Source of the DNA: an uncultured Anaeroplasmataceae bacterium
GTDB lineage: Bacteria; Bacillota_I; Bacilli_A; Acholeplasmatales; Anaeroplasmataceae
Assembly (NCBI GenBank): GCA_964473015.1
Contig: CAYYMS010000002.1
Location: 154,550 to 218,549, forward strand
Reading direction: 5' to 3'
DNA length: 64,000 nt
Numbering within the stretch: position 1 is the first letter of the stretch; every line of letters starts with the position of its first letter. This document shows, piece after piece, positions 10,809 through 20,215 of this stretch. Under the pieces are notes generated by a model. The model had not been told where the DNA came from and did not search any database. It saw only the letters and a program-made list of their open reading frames with translations. The position numbers and the translations under genes were made by a program.

Positions 10809-11657
10809 ATGGCAAAAACAACAATTGCAATTCTTTATGACTTTGATAAAACCTTATGTACTACCGATATGCAAGAATATGATTTCATTAAAAATTTAGG
10901 TCTTACTCCAGATGAGTTTTGGGGCTCAACCGCAGAATTAACTTCAAAACATGAGATGGATAAAATTTTAGCATATATGTTTATGATGATAAAAAAATGT
11001 AAGGAAAAAAATATACCTTTAACAGAAAAATACTTAAATTCTTGTGGTGAAAATGTTGTATTATATCGTGGTGTAACAACATGGTTTGATCGAATTAATG
11101 AAATTGGAAATACTTTAGGGGTAAATATTGAGCACTATATTGTTTCATCAGGTATAACCGAAATTATTGAGGGAACACCTATAGCTAAATATTTTAAAAA
11201 AATTTATGGTTGTAGATTTTGCTATGACGATAATGGTGAGGCAATATGGCCTGCAAATGCTATAAATTTTACACTTAAAACGCAATATGTATTCCGAATT
11301 TCTAAAGGAGTTTTAGATATAAGAGATGATGATAACCTAAATAAGCATACCCATGAAAGAAGGATTTCTTATCGAAATATAATATACATAGGGGATGGAC
11401 TTACCGATATTCCATGTATGAAGCTTGTAAGAGAAAAGGGTGGAAAAGCAATTGCTTTATATCCAAGTGGAAAAAAGGATAAGGTTTCACAATTGGTTGA
11501 AGACAACCGAATCAATTATGTTTGTGTTGCCGATTATTCTCAAAATTCAACGTTAGAAAAAATCGTAAAACTAATGATAGAAAATATGGCAATTTTAGAT
11601 ACGCTAGAGGCTAAGGAGGAAAAACAGTTAGCACAATTTATGAAAACTGTTGAATAA
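10809..11657 (+). CDS. HAD-superfamily hydrolase
   Basis: Motif I YDFDKTL, motif II VSSG, motif IV YIGDGLTDIP. Confidence 0.85.
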   Translation: MAKTTIAILYDFDKTLCTTDMQEYDFIKNLGLTPDEFWGSTAELTSKHEMDKILAYMFMMIKKCKEKNIPLTEKYLNSCGENVVLYRGVTTWFDRINEIGNTLGVNIEHYIVSSGITEIIEGTPIAKYFKKIYGCRFCYDDNGEAIWPANAINFTLKTQYVFRISKGVLDIRDDDNLNKHTHERRISYRNIIYIGDGLTDIPCMKLVREKGGKAIALYPSGKKDKVSQLVEDNRINYVCVADYSQNSTLEKIVKLMIENMAILDTLEAKEEKQLAQFMKTVE

Positions 11658-11661
11658 TTAA

Positions 11662-12087
11662 ATGAAGGTAAATTTTTTTAATCAAACAAATGATTCAGTA
11701 AAAGATTATGAAAAGTTGATACGTTCTATATTTAAACCTATGGGCTCTAGGAAAGAATTTAATATTATCTTTACTTCTAAAGAAGAAATACAAAGAATTA
11801 ATCGAGAATATCGAAAAATAGATAAAGTTACAGATGTTATTTCTTTTGCTTTATGCGATGATAAGGATATTATTCCCTCAAATGAATTAGGAGATATTTT
11901 TATATGTATTGACCGTGCGATTGAACAGGCCTCTGAATATGGGCATAGTGTGACACGTGAAGTCGCATTTTTGGCAGTTCACGGCTATCTACATCTATGT
12001 GGATACGATCATATGACAAAAGCAGAAGAGGATATTATGTTTCAAAAACAAGAGGATATTTTAAACCAGGCAGGTATAAAAAGATGA
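11662..12087 (+). CDS. ybeY: rRNA maturation endoribonuclease YbeY
   Basis: Motifs NREYR..D..TDVISF, LGDI and HGYLHLCGYDH. Confidence 0.95.
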   Translation: MKVNFFNQTNDSVKDYEKLIRSIFKPMGSRKEFNIIFTSKEEIQRINREYRKIDKVTDVISFALCDDKDIIPSNELGDIFICIDRAIEQASEYGHSVTREVAFLAVHGYLHLCGYDHMTKAEEDIMFQKQEDILNQAGIKR

Positions 12088-12491
12088 ATTTTGATAGATT
12101 AGAATTAATAGATAAAGCTATTGTTGCAAGAGAAAATGCATATGCACCTTACTCTAATTTTAAGGTTGGTGCCGCAATTTTATTAAAAGATGGAACCTTT
12201 GTCTTAGGATGTAATGTAGAGAATGCCTCTTTTGGTTTATCAAATTGTGCAGAAAGAACAGCACTTTTTTCTATGACGAGTAAGGGCTATAAAAAAGAGG
12301 ATATTGTCGCTATGGCAATTGTAGGAAATACGAGAGGCCCAATTTCTCCTTGTGGAGCATGTAGACAGGTAATGAGTGAATTATTACCAAAAGGATGCTC
12401 CATTTTTATGGCGAATCTAAATAAGGAATATAAAGAATATAAAATAGAGGAATTGTTACCCTACTCTTTTAATGATGGTGATTTAAAATGA
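12084..12491 (+). CDS. cdd: Cytidine deaminase
   Basis: Motifs AYAPYSNFKVGAA, NVEN, CAERTA and PCGACRQ. Start at ATG 12084. Confidence 0.95.
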   Translation: MNFDRLELIDKAIVARENAYAPYSNFKVGAAILLKDGTFVLGCNVENASFGLSNCAERTALFSMTSKGYKKEDIVAMAIVGNTRGPISPCGACRQVMSELLPKGCSIFMANLNKEYKEYKIEELLPYSFNDGDLK

Positions 12492-13402
12492 ACATAGATA
12501 CATATAAATCGGGATTTGTTGCTATAATTGGAAGACCGAATGTTGGTAAATCAACCTTTTTAAATCAAGTGGTTGGTAAAAAAGTAGCTATTATGTCTGA
12601 TAAGCCTCAAACAACCAGAAATCGTATTTTAGGAATTGTTACAACAGAGGAAATGCAAATTGCATTTACCGATACACCTGGAATTCATAAGCCAACCACA
12701 GAATTACAAAGAAGAATGGTAAATGCATCTTATGATTCTACAAAAGGAGTAGACTGTGTACTTTTTATGACAACTCCTTTAAAAAGCGTCTTAAAGGGTG
12801 ATGAAATTATTCTAGAAAATTTAAAAAAATGTAAGGTTCCTGTTTTTTTAGTTATCAATAAAGTAGATCAATTAAAAAAATTTAATGATATTGATTTAAC
12901 GATAAATCTTTATAAAGATTTATATCCATTTGAAGGGATTTTTCCTATCTCAGTATTAGAAAACAAAAATATGGATATCCTTTTAGATACAATAAAGAAA
13001 ACTTTGCCATTTGGACCTAAATTATACCCAGATGATATGTTATCGGATCATCCGGAACGATTTTTAGTTAGTGAATTAATTAGAGAAAAAGTATTACTTC
13101 AAACGATACAGGAAATTCCACATAGTATTGCCGTTGTGGTAGACAGTATGAAGCCTTGTGAGGAAAATGAAGCCTATATAGATATTTATGCTACAATTTA
13201 TGTCGAGAGGGATTCTCAAAAAAAGATAATCATTGGAAAAAATGGTGAAATGATAAAAACAATAAAGATAAAAGCAATGCAAGATATTAAGCATCTACTT
13301 AATCAAAAGGTTCATCTTGACCTATGGGTAAAAGTAAAAAAGGGTTGGAAAGATCGACCAAATGATTTAAAAGTATTAGGATATAGCACGGATAACTTCT
13401 AA
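12488..13402 (+). CDS. era: GTPase Era
   Basis: Motifs GRPNVGKST, QTTR, DTPG, NKVD and a KH domain (IIIGKNG). Confidence 0.96.
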   Translation: MNIDTYKSGFVAIIGRPNVGKSTFLNQVVGKKVAIMSDKPQTTRNRILGIVTTEEMQIAFTDTPGIHKPTTELQRRMVNASYDSTKGVDCVLFMTTPLKSVLKGDEIILENLKKCKVPVFLVINKVDQLKKFNDIDLTINLYKDLYPFEGIFPISVLENKNMDILLDTIKKTLPFGPKLYPDDMLSDHPERFLVSELIREKVLLQTIQEIPHSIAVVVDSMKPCEENEAYIDIYATIYVERDSQKKIIIGKNGEMIKTIKIKAMQDIKHLLNQKVHLDLWVKVKKGWKDRPNDLKVLGYSTDNF

Positions 13403-14070
13403 TGAATGAAATTAAAGGTCTAGTTGTATCCTCAATGGATTACAAGGAACAATCAAAAATTGTTTATCTTTATACACCATATGGTCATGATAGCGTTAAA
13501 GCAAACAAAGCCAAGGATTTATCTAAAGGACTTTTAGGATTTACAACAACCTTAAATGAGGTGAGTTATATAAAAACAAAGGCTAAATTTCCTACATTAC
13601 TAGAATATAATCTCTTAAACTCTCATTTTGATTTAACACAAAATCTTGATTCTGTGAAAGTATTATCTATTTTTTTAAAAGTCATTGCTGCAATTCCTGA
13701 AGATATAAATCATTTTAAAACATATGATTTTATTATTGAAATGTTAAATAATTTTAAAGATAATCCTCCTAAAAAAGTATTATCGATTTTTCTAATTAAA
13801 ATGCTCTATGTTTTTGGTGTTTTTCCTAACTTTAAGTATTGCATGAATTGTGAAAGTAAAAAATTAGTGTTCTTTTCAATCCCTAATGGTGGTTGCTACT
13901 GCGATAAGTGCTGCTCTAATTCAAATCATGAAACACTTAATTTATGGAAAGAATATTATTATGAGAAAAAAACTATAAAAGAATATACTGATACAAATTT
14001 TGATTCTCTATTAAAAGATATTTTTACTTATTACTCTATACATACACATATAAAAATAAATGAGTTGTAA
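13402..14070 (+). CDS. recO: DNA repair protein RecO
   Basis: Follows era; N-terminal OB-like region (DYKEQSKIV) and CxxC...CxCxxC zinc motif. Confidence 0.85.
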   Translation: MNEIKGLVVSSMDYKEQSKIVYLYTPYGHDSVKANKAKDLSKGLLGFTTTLNEVSYIKTKAKFPTLLEYNLLNSHFDLTQNLDSVKVLSIFLKVIAAIPEDINHFKTYDFIIEMLNNFKDNPPKKVLSIFLIKMLYVFGVFPNFKYCMNCESKKLVFFSIPNGGCYCDKCCSNSNHETLNLWKEYYYEKKTIKEYTDTNFDSLLKDIFTYYSIHTHIKINEL

Positions 14071-14113
14071 AAAATCATATTGAAATAATATCTTTTTTTG
14101 TTATAATACTAGT

Positions 14114-14456
14114 GGTAGTTGGGTAACTGAGCAAGAAATTGTTAGGAAAGTCCATGCTAGCACAGACTGAGATGTCTGTAGTGTTTGCGCCAATCGAAAA
14201 AATAAGATTGGGAACTCTTTAAGAGTTACGGCAAAGAAAAGCCTAAGTCTTCATAGATATGGTCTATCTTTTTAAAGTGCCACAGAGACGAATCTTTTAG
14301 AAATAAAAGATGTGAAACGTTGGTAAACCCCACAAGCTAGAAACCCAAATTTTGGTAGGGGAGCCTAAATAAACGAATTCAAGTTTTTAAGGACAATATA
14401 AGTAGATAAATAGTTACCGCCTTTTATAAGGTACAGAACATGGCTTATAGACTACT
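14114..14456 (+). ncRNA. rnpB: RNase P RNA, bacterial type B
   Basis: Conserved blocks AGGAAAGTCCATGCT, AGTGCCACAG, GGTAAACCCCAC and ACAGAACATGGCTTA. P1 pairing GTAGTT/GACTAC; upstream TTGAAA...TGtTATAAT promoter; downstream terminator. Confidence 0.93.
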
Positions 14457-14457
14457 A

Positions 14458-14482
14458 AAGAGGAGTATTATCTCCTCTTTTT
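14458..14482 (+). terminator. Intrinsic terminator of rnpB
   Basis: Hairpin AAGAGGAG-TATTAT-CTCCTCTT followed by a T-run. Confidence 0.75.
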
Positions 14483-14501
14483 AATTTTTTTTAAAAAAGT
14501 A

Positions 14502-14583
14502 TTGACATACTATATTATGCATAGTATACTAAATTTGAATTAAAGCTTTTATTTTTATGCCAATACTATGTAATGCACAGTAT
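14502..14583 (+). promoter_or_regulatory. Sigma-A promoter with two 21-bp palindromic operators (PadR operon)
   Basis: TTGACA (14502-14507), 17 bp, TATACT (14525-14530). Operators ATACTATATTATGCATAGTAT (14507-14527) and ATACTATGTAATGCACAGTAT (14563-14583). Confidence 0.7.
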
Positions 14584-14599
14584 TGAGATAGGAGGTATT

Positions 14600-14905
14600 A
14601 TGAACATTCAATTGAAGAAGGGAATTGTGGAGATTTGTGTTTTGGCTACTCTACGAAAGGAACCTTCTTATGGATATAAAATTATTTCCGATATTTCTGA
14701 ATTGATTGAGATATCGGAATCCACCTTATATCCTATATTAAGAAGATTAGAAGAACGAAATATGTTAACAACTTTTACGAAAGAATTTCATGGGAGAACG
14801 AGGAAATATTATAAAATAACAGAAGATGGCATAGATCGCATTAATGAATTTATTTCGGAATGGAAAGAAATGGAAAGAGTTTGTAAATTTATTTTAAAGA
14901 GGTAG
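14600..14905 (+). CDS. PadR-family transcriptional regulator
   Basis: Motifs QLKKG, SYGY, ESTLYPILRRLE and RKYYKIT. Start at ATG 14600 after GGAGG. Confidence 0.92.
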   Translation: MNIQLKKGIVEICVLATLRKEPSYGYKIISDISELIEISESTLYPILRRLEERNMLTTFTKEFHGRTRKYYKITEDGIDRINEFISEWKEMERVCKFILKR

Positions 14906-14911
14906 GAAATT

Positions 14912-15547
14912 ATGAGAAAAAGAGAGTTTTTAAGAGAACTTCGTACTAGACTTAATCGTACAAATTGTGAAGATACAGAAGATGTTATTGCATATTATAA
15001 TGAGTTAATTGAGGACACAATCGATAGAACTGGACAAACCGAAGAGGAAGTAATCGAAGATTTAGGTTCTATTACCGATATTATATTAAGAGTCAATCCA
15101 CCTGAAAATAGAAAAAAAGAAGCTACAAATAAGATATATTATGATGAATATGAAGATACACAAAAACGGATATCGAATTCTAATATAAAAAGAGAAAATA
15201 GGGATACCAAGGTTGCAGGTATTATCCTTACTATACTTACGGCTCCCTTATGGTTTTCTCTTTTAATAATGCTATTTAGTTTAATTATTTCTGTTGTTGC
15301 AGCAGGCATTAGTATTGGAGTTGGCGGTGTATATTCTATTGTATATGGGGCTATCCATTTTGGTAATGGCTTTGCCAATGCCTTATTCGAAATTGGTATT
15401 GGAATTACCCTTATTGGAGCTACATTTATCCTTTTCCCTCTAATCGTTAAATTAATTATTTTGATTGTTAAATTAATTATCAACTTTATAAAATGGCTAG
15501 TAGGAGCCACAAAAAATAATGGAAGGAGAGTTCGTTATGAAAATTAA
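14912..15547 (+). CDS. DUF1700-like membrane protein
   Basis: N-terminal EFLRELR...DVIAYYNELIED...EEEVIEDLG and C-terminal TM helices; typical PadR-operon partner. Confidence 0.75.
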   Translation: MRKREFLRELRTRLNRTNCEDTEDVIAYYNELIEDTIDRTGQTEEEVIEDLGSITDIILRVNPPENRKKEATNKIYYDEYEDTQKRISNSNIKRENRDTKVAGIILTILTAPLWFSLLIMLFSLIISVVAAGISIGVGGVYSIVYGAIHFGNGFANALFEIGIGITLIGATFILFPLIVKLIILIVKLIINFIKWLVGATKNNGRRVRYEN

Positions 15548-16325
15548 ATGGTTTATTATACTAGGGATTTGCTTTTTAGCCATAGGTCTGGGAATTACAG
15601 TAGTAGCTTTATCTAGTCCTGATTTTAACTTTAAGGAATTACAAAATCAAGAATTTGAAGAGGAAGAAAAAACTTTTGAAATCGATAATATTTCAACAAT
15701 CACCTGCAAATGCTTTGCAGACAATGTAAAAATTCTTCCAAGCGATGCAACTACGATTAAAATTATAGGTAAAAAAGGAAAATCTATACACTATGAATAT
15801 GCTTTAGATGAAGAAACAAAAACTTTATCTATCCATCAAATAGATGATGGAGAGAAAAACTTTGGGATAAAGTTTGATTTTAGTCCCTTTGGTTGGACGA
15901 CATCAATGGATTTATCTATATTTATTCCTAAAAGTATGTTACTTGATTTAAATTTGGATATTAATGCAGGTAATCTTACTATAAAGGACTTAAATTTTAA
16001 AACAGTAAATCTTGATATTGATGCAGGAAATGCAACTATCGATAATGTATATTCTTTAAACTATGATATTCAAATTAATGCAGGTAATTTAACTTTAAAA
16101 AATGGAAAAGCCGATACGATTAAATGTGATATATCTGCCGGAAATGCTACATGTAAAATCAATGTTTTAAATTTGGGGGATTTTAAGGTTAATTGTGGCA
16201 ATCTTACTTTAACACTTATTGGCTCTAATACGGATTATCAGATAAATGGAAAAGGAACAGGAAACAAGAAAATTTTAACCGATGTGGATTTGGGCTCTAC
16301 TAGTATAAATTATATGAATGAATAA
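15537..16325 (+). CDS. DUF4097-like beta-strand-repeat membrane-anchored protein
   Basis: N-terminal TM helix and repeated (I/L)x(I/V)xAGN(L/A)T(I/L) units. Confidence 0.72.
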   Translation: MKIKWFIILGICFLAIGLGITVVALSSPDFNFKELQNQEFEEEEKTFEIDNISTITCKCFADNVKILPSDATTIKIIGKKGKSIHYEYALDEETKTLSIHQIDDGEKNFGIKFDFSPFGWTTSMDLSIFIPKSMLLDLNLDINAGNLTIKDLNFKTVNLDIDAGNATIDNVYSLNYDIQINAGNLTLKNGKADTIKCDISAGNATCKINVLNLGDFKVNCGNLTLTLIGSNTDYQINGKGTGNKKILTDVDLGSTSINYMNE

Positions 16326-16521
16326 ATAGATTATTTTTATCAATAAGTCAACTTCCAAGTTGACTTTTATTTTTGAAAATTCGATAATTAATTATATGAC
16401 CTAAAGGAAAAGAAAGCATTATTTTAAAATTTGGAGTTTAGACCTATTCTTTTATTCCAGAGATATTCTTGAAAAATAATGGATAATTTGATAAAATAGG
16501 AAAAGAAATGGAAGTGAAAAT

Positions 16522-18345
16522 ATGAGCGATTTTGAAGAAATGAAAAAAAGACAAAAGATGATTCGTAATTTTTGTATTATTGCCCATATTGATCATGGCA
16601 AATCTACTTTAGCCGATCGAATTTTAGAAATTTGTGAATCGGTTGAACAAAGAGAGATGCAAGAGCAACTTCTAGATTCTATGGAATTAGAAAGAGAACG
16701 TGGCATTACAATTAAATTAAATGCGGTTGCTTTAAAATATAAAGCAGATAATGGATTAGAATATGAATTTCATTTAATCGATACTCCAGGACATGTAGAC
16801 TTTACCTATGAAGTTTCTAGATCCTTAGCTGCATGTGAAGGGGCTATATTGGTAGTCGATGCTACTCAAGGAGTAGAGGCACAGACCTTGGCAAATGTTT
16901 ATTTAGCTTTAGATAATAATTTGGAAATTTTACCTTTAATTAATAAAATTGATTTGCCTTCTGCAGATCCTGAACGTGCAAAGCATGAAATAGAAGATGT
17001 AATAGGTCTTCCTGCCTATGAGGCCGTTTTGGCATCGGCTAAAACAGGAGTTGGAGTAAAGGATATACTTGAACAAATCGTATCTTATGTATCCCCACCA
17101 ACGGGAAGGATTGATACACCAACAAGGGCCTTAATTTTTGATAGTGCCTTTGATGCTTATCGTGGTGTTGTTATTTTAGTATGCGTTAAAGAAGGTATTA
17201 TTCGAAGAGGAGATACCATTAAACTTATGGCAACTGGTGCCACCTATCAAGTGGTAGAATTAGGAGTGCGCACTCCTAAAGAAATACAAAGAGATTATCT
17301 TATGGCAGGTGATGTTGGCTTTATAACTGCCTCTATAAAAGATATTAATCATGTTCACGTTGGAGATACAATCACTACAACGCAAAATATGGCAGTAGAA
17401 CCACTTGCTGGTTATAGGAAATTAAATCCTATGGTATATTGTGGATTATATCCAATTGATTCTAAGCAATTTCAAGATTTAAGAGATGCTTTAGAAAAAT
17501 TAAAACTATCGGATGCTTCACTCGTTTTTGAGCCCGAAACCTCTCAAGCCTTAGGTTTTGGATTTAGAACTGGATTTTTAGGATTACTTCATATGGATAT
17601 TATTAAAGAAAGAATATCTAGAGAGTTCAATATTGAATTAATCGCAACGGCACCATCCGTATCCTATCATGTATATTTAACCGATGGAACGATGATAGAG
17701 ATAGACAATCCTGCACAGTTACCTGAAATACAGGTTATTTCAAGAATAGAAGAGCCCTTTGTTAAGGCAACCATAATGACGCCTTCGGAATATATAGGTG
17801 CTGTAATGGATCTATGTCAGAAAAAAAGAGGATTATTCATTGACATGCAATATGTGGAAGAAACTCGTGCAGTTATTCATTATAATATCCCTTTACTTGA
17901 AATTGTCTATGATTTTTTTGATAAGTTAAAAAGCTACACGAAGGGATATGCATCTTTTGATTATGAATTAGGCGAATATGAAGCTTCAAAACTAGTGAAA
18001 ATGGATATTATGCTAAATGGAGATGTCGTAGATGCTTTATCTACAATTGTACATAAGGATTTTGCCTATAATCGTGGGAAGGTTTTAGTTGAAAAATTAA
18101 AAGATATCATTCCAAGACAAATGTTTGAAGTGCCCGTTCAAGCAGTTATAAATCATAAAGTAATTGCAAGAAGTGATATAAAAGCTATGCGTAAAGACGT
18201 TCTTGCCAAATGCTATGGTGGAGATATCTCTAGAAAGAAAAAACTACTAGAAAAACAAAAAGAAGGTAAAAAGAAAATGAAAGCCATTGGTAGTGTAGAA
18301 GTACCTCAAGAAGCTTTCTTAGCAATCTTATCTACAGATGAATAA
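16522..18345 (+). CDS. lepA: Translation elongation factor 4
   Basis: Motifs [31 protein letters not shown] and [14 protein letters not shown]. Confidence 0.97.
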   Translation: MSDFEEMKKRQKMIRNFCIIAHIDHGKSTLADRILEICESVEQREMQEQLLDSMELERERGITIKLNAVALKYKADNGLEYEFHLIDTPGHVDFTYEVSRSLAACEGAILVVDATQGVEAQTLANVYLALDNNLEILPLINKIDLPSADPERAKHEIEDVIGLPAYEAVLASAKTGVGVKDILEQIVSYVSPPTGRIDTPTRALIFDSAFDAYRGVVILVCVKEGIIRRGDTIKLMATGATYQVVELGVRTPKEIQRDYLMAGDVGFITASIKDINHVHVGDTITTTQNMAVEPLAGYRKLNPMVYCGLYPIDSKQFQDLRDALEKLKLSDASLVFEPETSQALGFGFRTGFLGLLHMDIIKERISREFNIELIATAPSVSYHVYLTDGTMIEIDNPAQLPEIQVISRIEEPFVKATIMTPSEYIGAVMDLCQKKRGLFIDMQYVEETRAVIHYNIPLLEIVYDFFDKLKSYTKGYASFDYELGEYEASKLVKMDIMLNGDVVDALSTIVHKDFAYNRGKVLVEKLKDIIPRQMFEVPVQAVINHKVIARSDIKAMRKDVLAKCYGGDISRKKKLLEKQKEGKKKMKAIGSVEVPQEAFLAILSTDE

Positions 18346-18378
18346 AAAAAATTTAAACATAAAAAGGAGAAAAAGAAA

Positions 18379-18804
18379 ATGAAAAAAGAAAATTGTCCAT
18401 ATTGTAATTATGGAGAAGCCCTTGCTAAATTTGGATATTTAGCATTTGAAACTGAGGTCTCTGAAATCATCGTTTTTAAAGACCAAACCCACAAAGGAAG
18501 AATGATTGTAGCCTATAAAAAAGATCATGTGGCAGAAATTCAAGATTTAAATGATGAAGAAAGAAATGCTTTTATGAAGGATGTGGCAGATGTTGCAAGA
18601 GCTATCCAAAGTGCATATCATCCGGATCGCATTAATTATGGAGCATATGGAGATACATTAGGTCATTTGCATATTCATTTATGTCCAAAGTATAAGGATG
18701 AATTTGAATGGGGAGAAACTTTCCAAATGAATACGGGTAACCTCTCCTCTGAAGAAGAATGTGCAAAAGTTGCTGAAATAATTAAAAAGCATTATAAAGC
18801 ATAA
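18379..18804 (+). CDS. HIT-family hydrolase
   Basis: N-terminal CPYC and HIT motif HLHIHL. Confidence 0.85.
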   Translation: MKKENCPYCNYGEALAKFGYLAFETEVSEIIVFKDQTHKGRMIVAYKKDHVAEIQDLNDEERNAFMKDVADVARAIQSAYHPDRINYGAYGDTLGHLHIHLCPKYKDEFEWGETFQMNTGNLSSEEECAKVAEIIKKHYKA

Positions 18805-18901
18805 TTCATAAAAAAAAGCATCGAAATATTATCGATGTTTTTTTATTTTTCTAATTAATGAAATTCTATCGCATTTAAAAGAAATAATTTATTTCTTTTC
18901 T

Positions 18902-19879
18902 TTATTTTATACTTTTTAATTTACTTTCTAAATATTCAGGTAACTCTTCTATAAATTTATATTTAGATATCGCCATATTCTTTGTATTCATTAACGTAGT
19001 TTTACAAATGAATCCATCTGCCTCAGGACATAATACTATGCCTATTGTATTAGAATCATTATTAGATTTTACATATGCATCTATATAGTTTGTATAAAAT
19101 AATAATTGTCCTATATATTCTGGTTTAAATTTAGTAGTCTTTAATTCTATAACAACATACGAATGTGAGGGTATATGATAAAAGAGTAGATCGATTTCAT
19201 AGCTTTCATTATCTGTCTTTAATTTGTATTTTTCACTGACAAAGGAAAAACCTGTACCTAACTCTAAAATAAATTTAGATATATTTTGTAAAAGGATGCT
19301 TTGAAGGTGTCTTTCGTTTTTAATTTGATTTATATTTATAAAATCAAAGACGTAAGTATCCTTAAATAATTCTTTTGTTAAATTGAAATCATTTGTGATA
19401 TGAATAGAAGTAGTAGGTATTATTAAGTTTCTTTCATAAGCCCTAAGTTTGAATTGATTTAAAACCATAGATCTTGACCATCCATTTTTATGTGTTTGAT
19501 TTATATACCACAACATTTCTTCATGAGAATTGCTTTTCGATATTATTTGGACAAGGGTGAACCAAGGAATTTGGCCAGCATGTTGCTGACTAATTTCAGA
19601 AATTGTAAATTTTTTGGCAAAAGTCACCATATATTTCAAATTTGAGATAGAATAGCCTTTTCCATATTCTTTTAAATCGTTCGATAACTTTTCTATATAT
19701 TTATTTCCCCATTGTTTTCTTTCATTTATGATAGTACCTATTTGATAATAGGTCATAATCATAGCGCTATTTACAACAATCATAGCCTTATTTTGGTTTT
19801 GTTTAATCGTTTCTTTAATTTTGGATAAATCTTTTAAATAATTTTTTTCAAATGATGTAATTTCTTTTTCTTTATTCAT
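18902..19879 (-). CDS. DUF1016/YhcG-family PD-(D/E)XK nuclease-domain protein
   Basis: N-terminal VNSAMIMTYYQIG..I...QWG..YIEKLS.DL; C-terminal ELGTGF.FV, EIDLLFYH, VVIELK and GQL.FY. Only minus-strand gene on this arm. Confidence 0.88.
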   Translation of the reverse strand: MNKEKEITSFEKNYLKDLSKIKETIKQNQNKAMIVVNSAMIMTYYQIGTIINERKQWGNKYIEKLSNDLKEYGKGYSISNLKYMVTFAKKFTISEISQQHAGQIPWFTLVQIISKSNSHEEMLWYINQTHKNGWSRSMVLNQFKLRAYERNLIIPTTSIHITNDFNLTKELFKDTYVFDFININQIKNERHLQSILLQNISKFILELGTGFSFVSEKYKLKTDNESYEIDLLFYHIPSHSYVVIELKTTKFKPEYIGQLLFYTNYIDAYVKSNNDSNTIGIVLCPEADGFICKTTLMNTKNMAISKYKFIEELPEYLESKLKSIK

Positions 19880-19900
19880 AGTAAATTCTTCCTCTTTTCT

Positions 19901-19938
19901 AAAAAATAAAAATCCTGCTAAGCAAAACTTAGCAGGAT
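19901..19938 (-). terminator. Terminator-like hairpin in the 5' leader of the DUF1016 gene
   Basis: Perfect 11-bp stem ATCCTGCTAAG-N5-CTTAGCAGGAT followed on - by TTTTATTTTTT, ending just before the RBS. Confidence 0.6.
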
Positions 19939-20215
19939 ATAAGAATATTAAGTTTATAAGTTAAATCATACTTAATATTTATTATTGTTTTCATAGTTTA
20001 ATTATAACATATAATTAGATTATGAAAAGTACTATTTTAAAATATTAAAGTCTTACTTTATTTTATTTAAAACAAAATAGAATTATGTTATAATTTGATA
20101 AAAGAAGGTATTATTGTTTATATTCAAAATGTTAAATTTGAATATATTTGTTGAAGGTTGGTTTTTGTTAAACTATATCAAAATTCAAAATTTGAATATC
20201 ATTGGAGGTATATAA

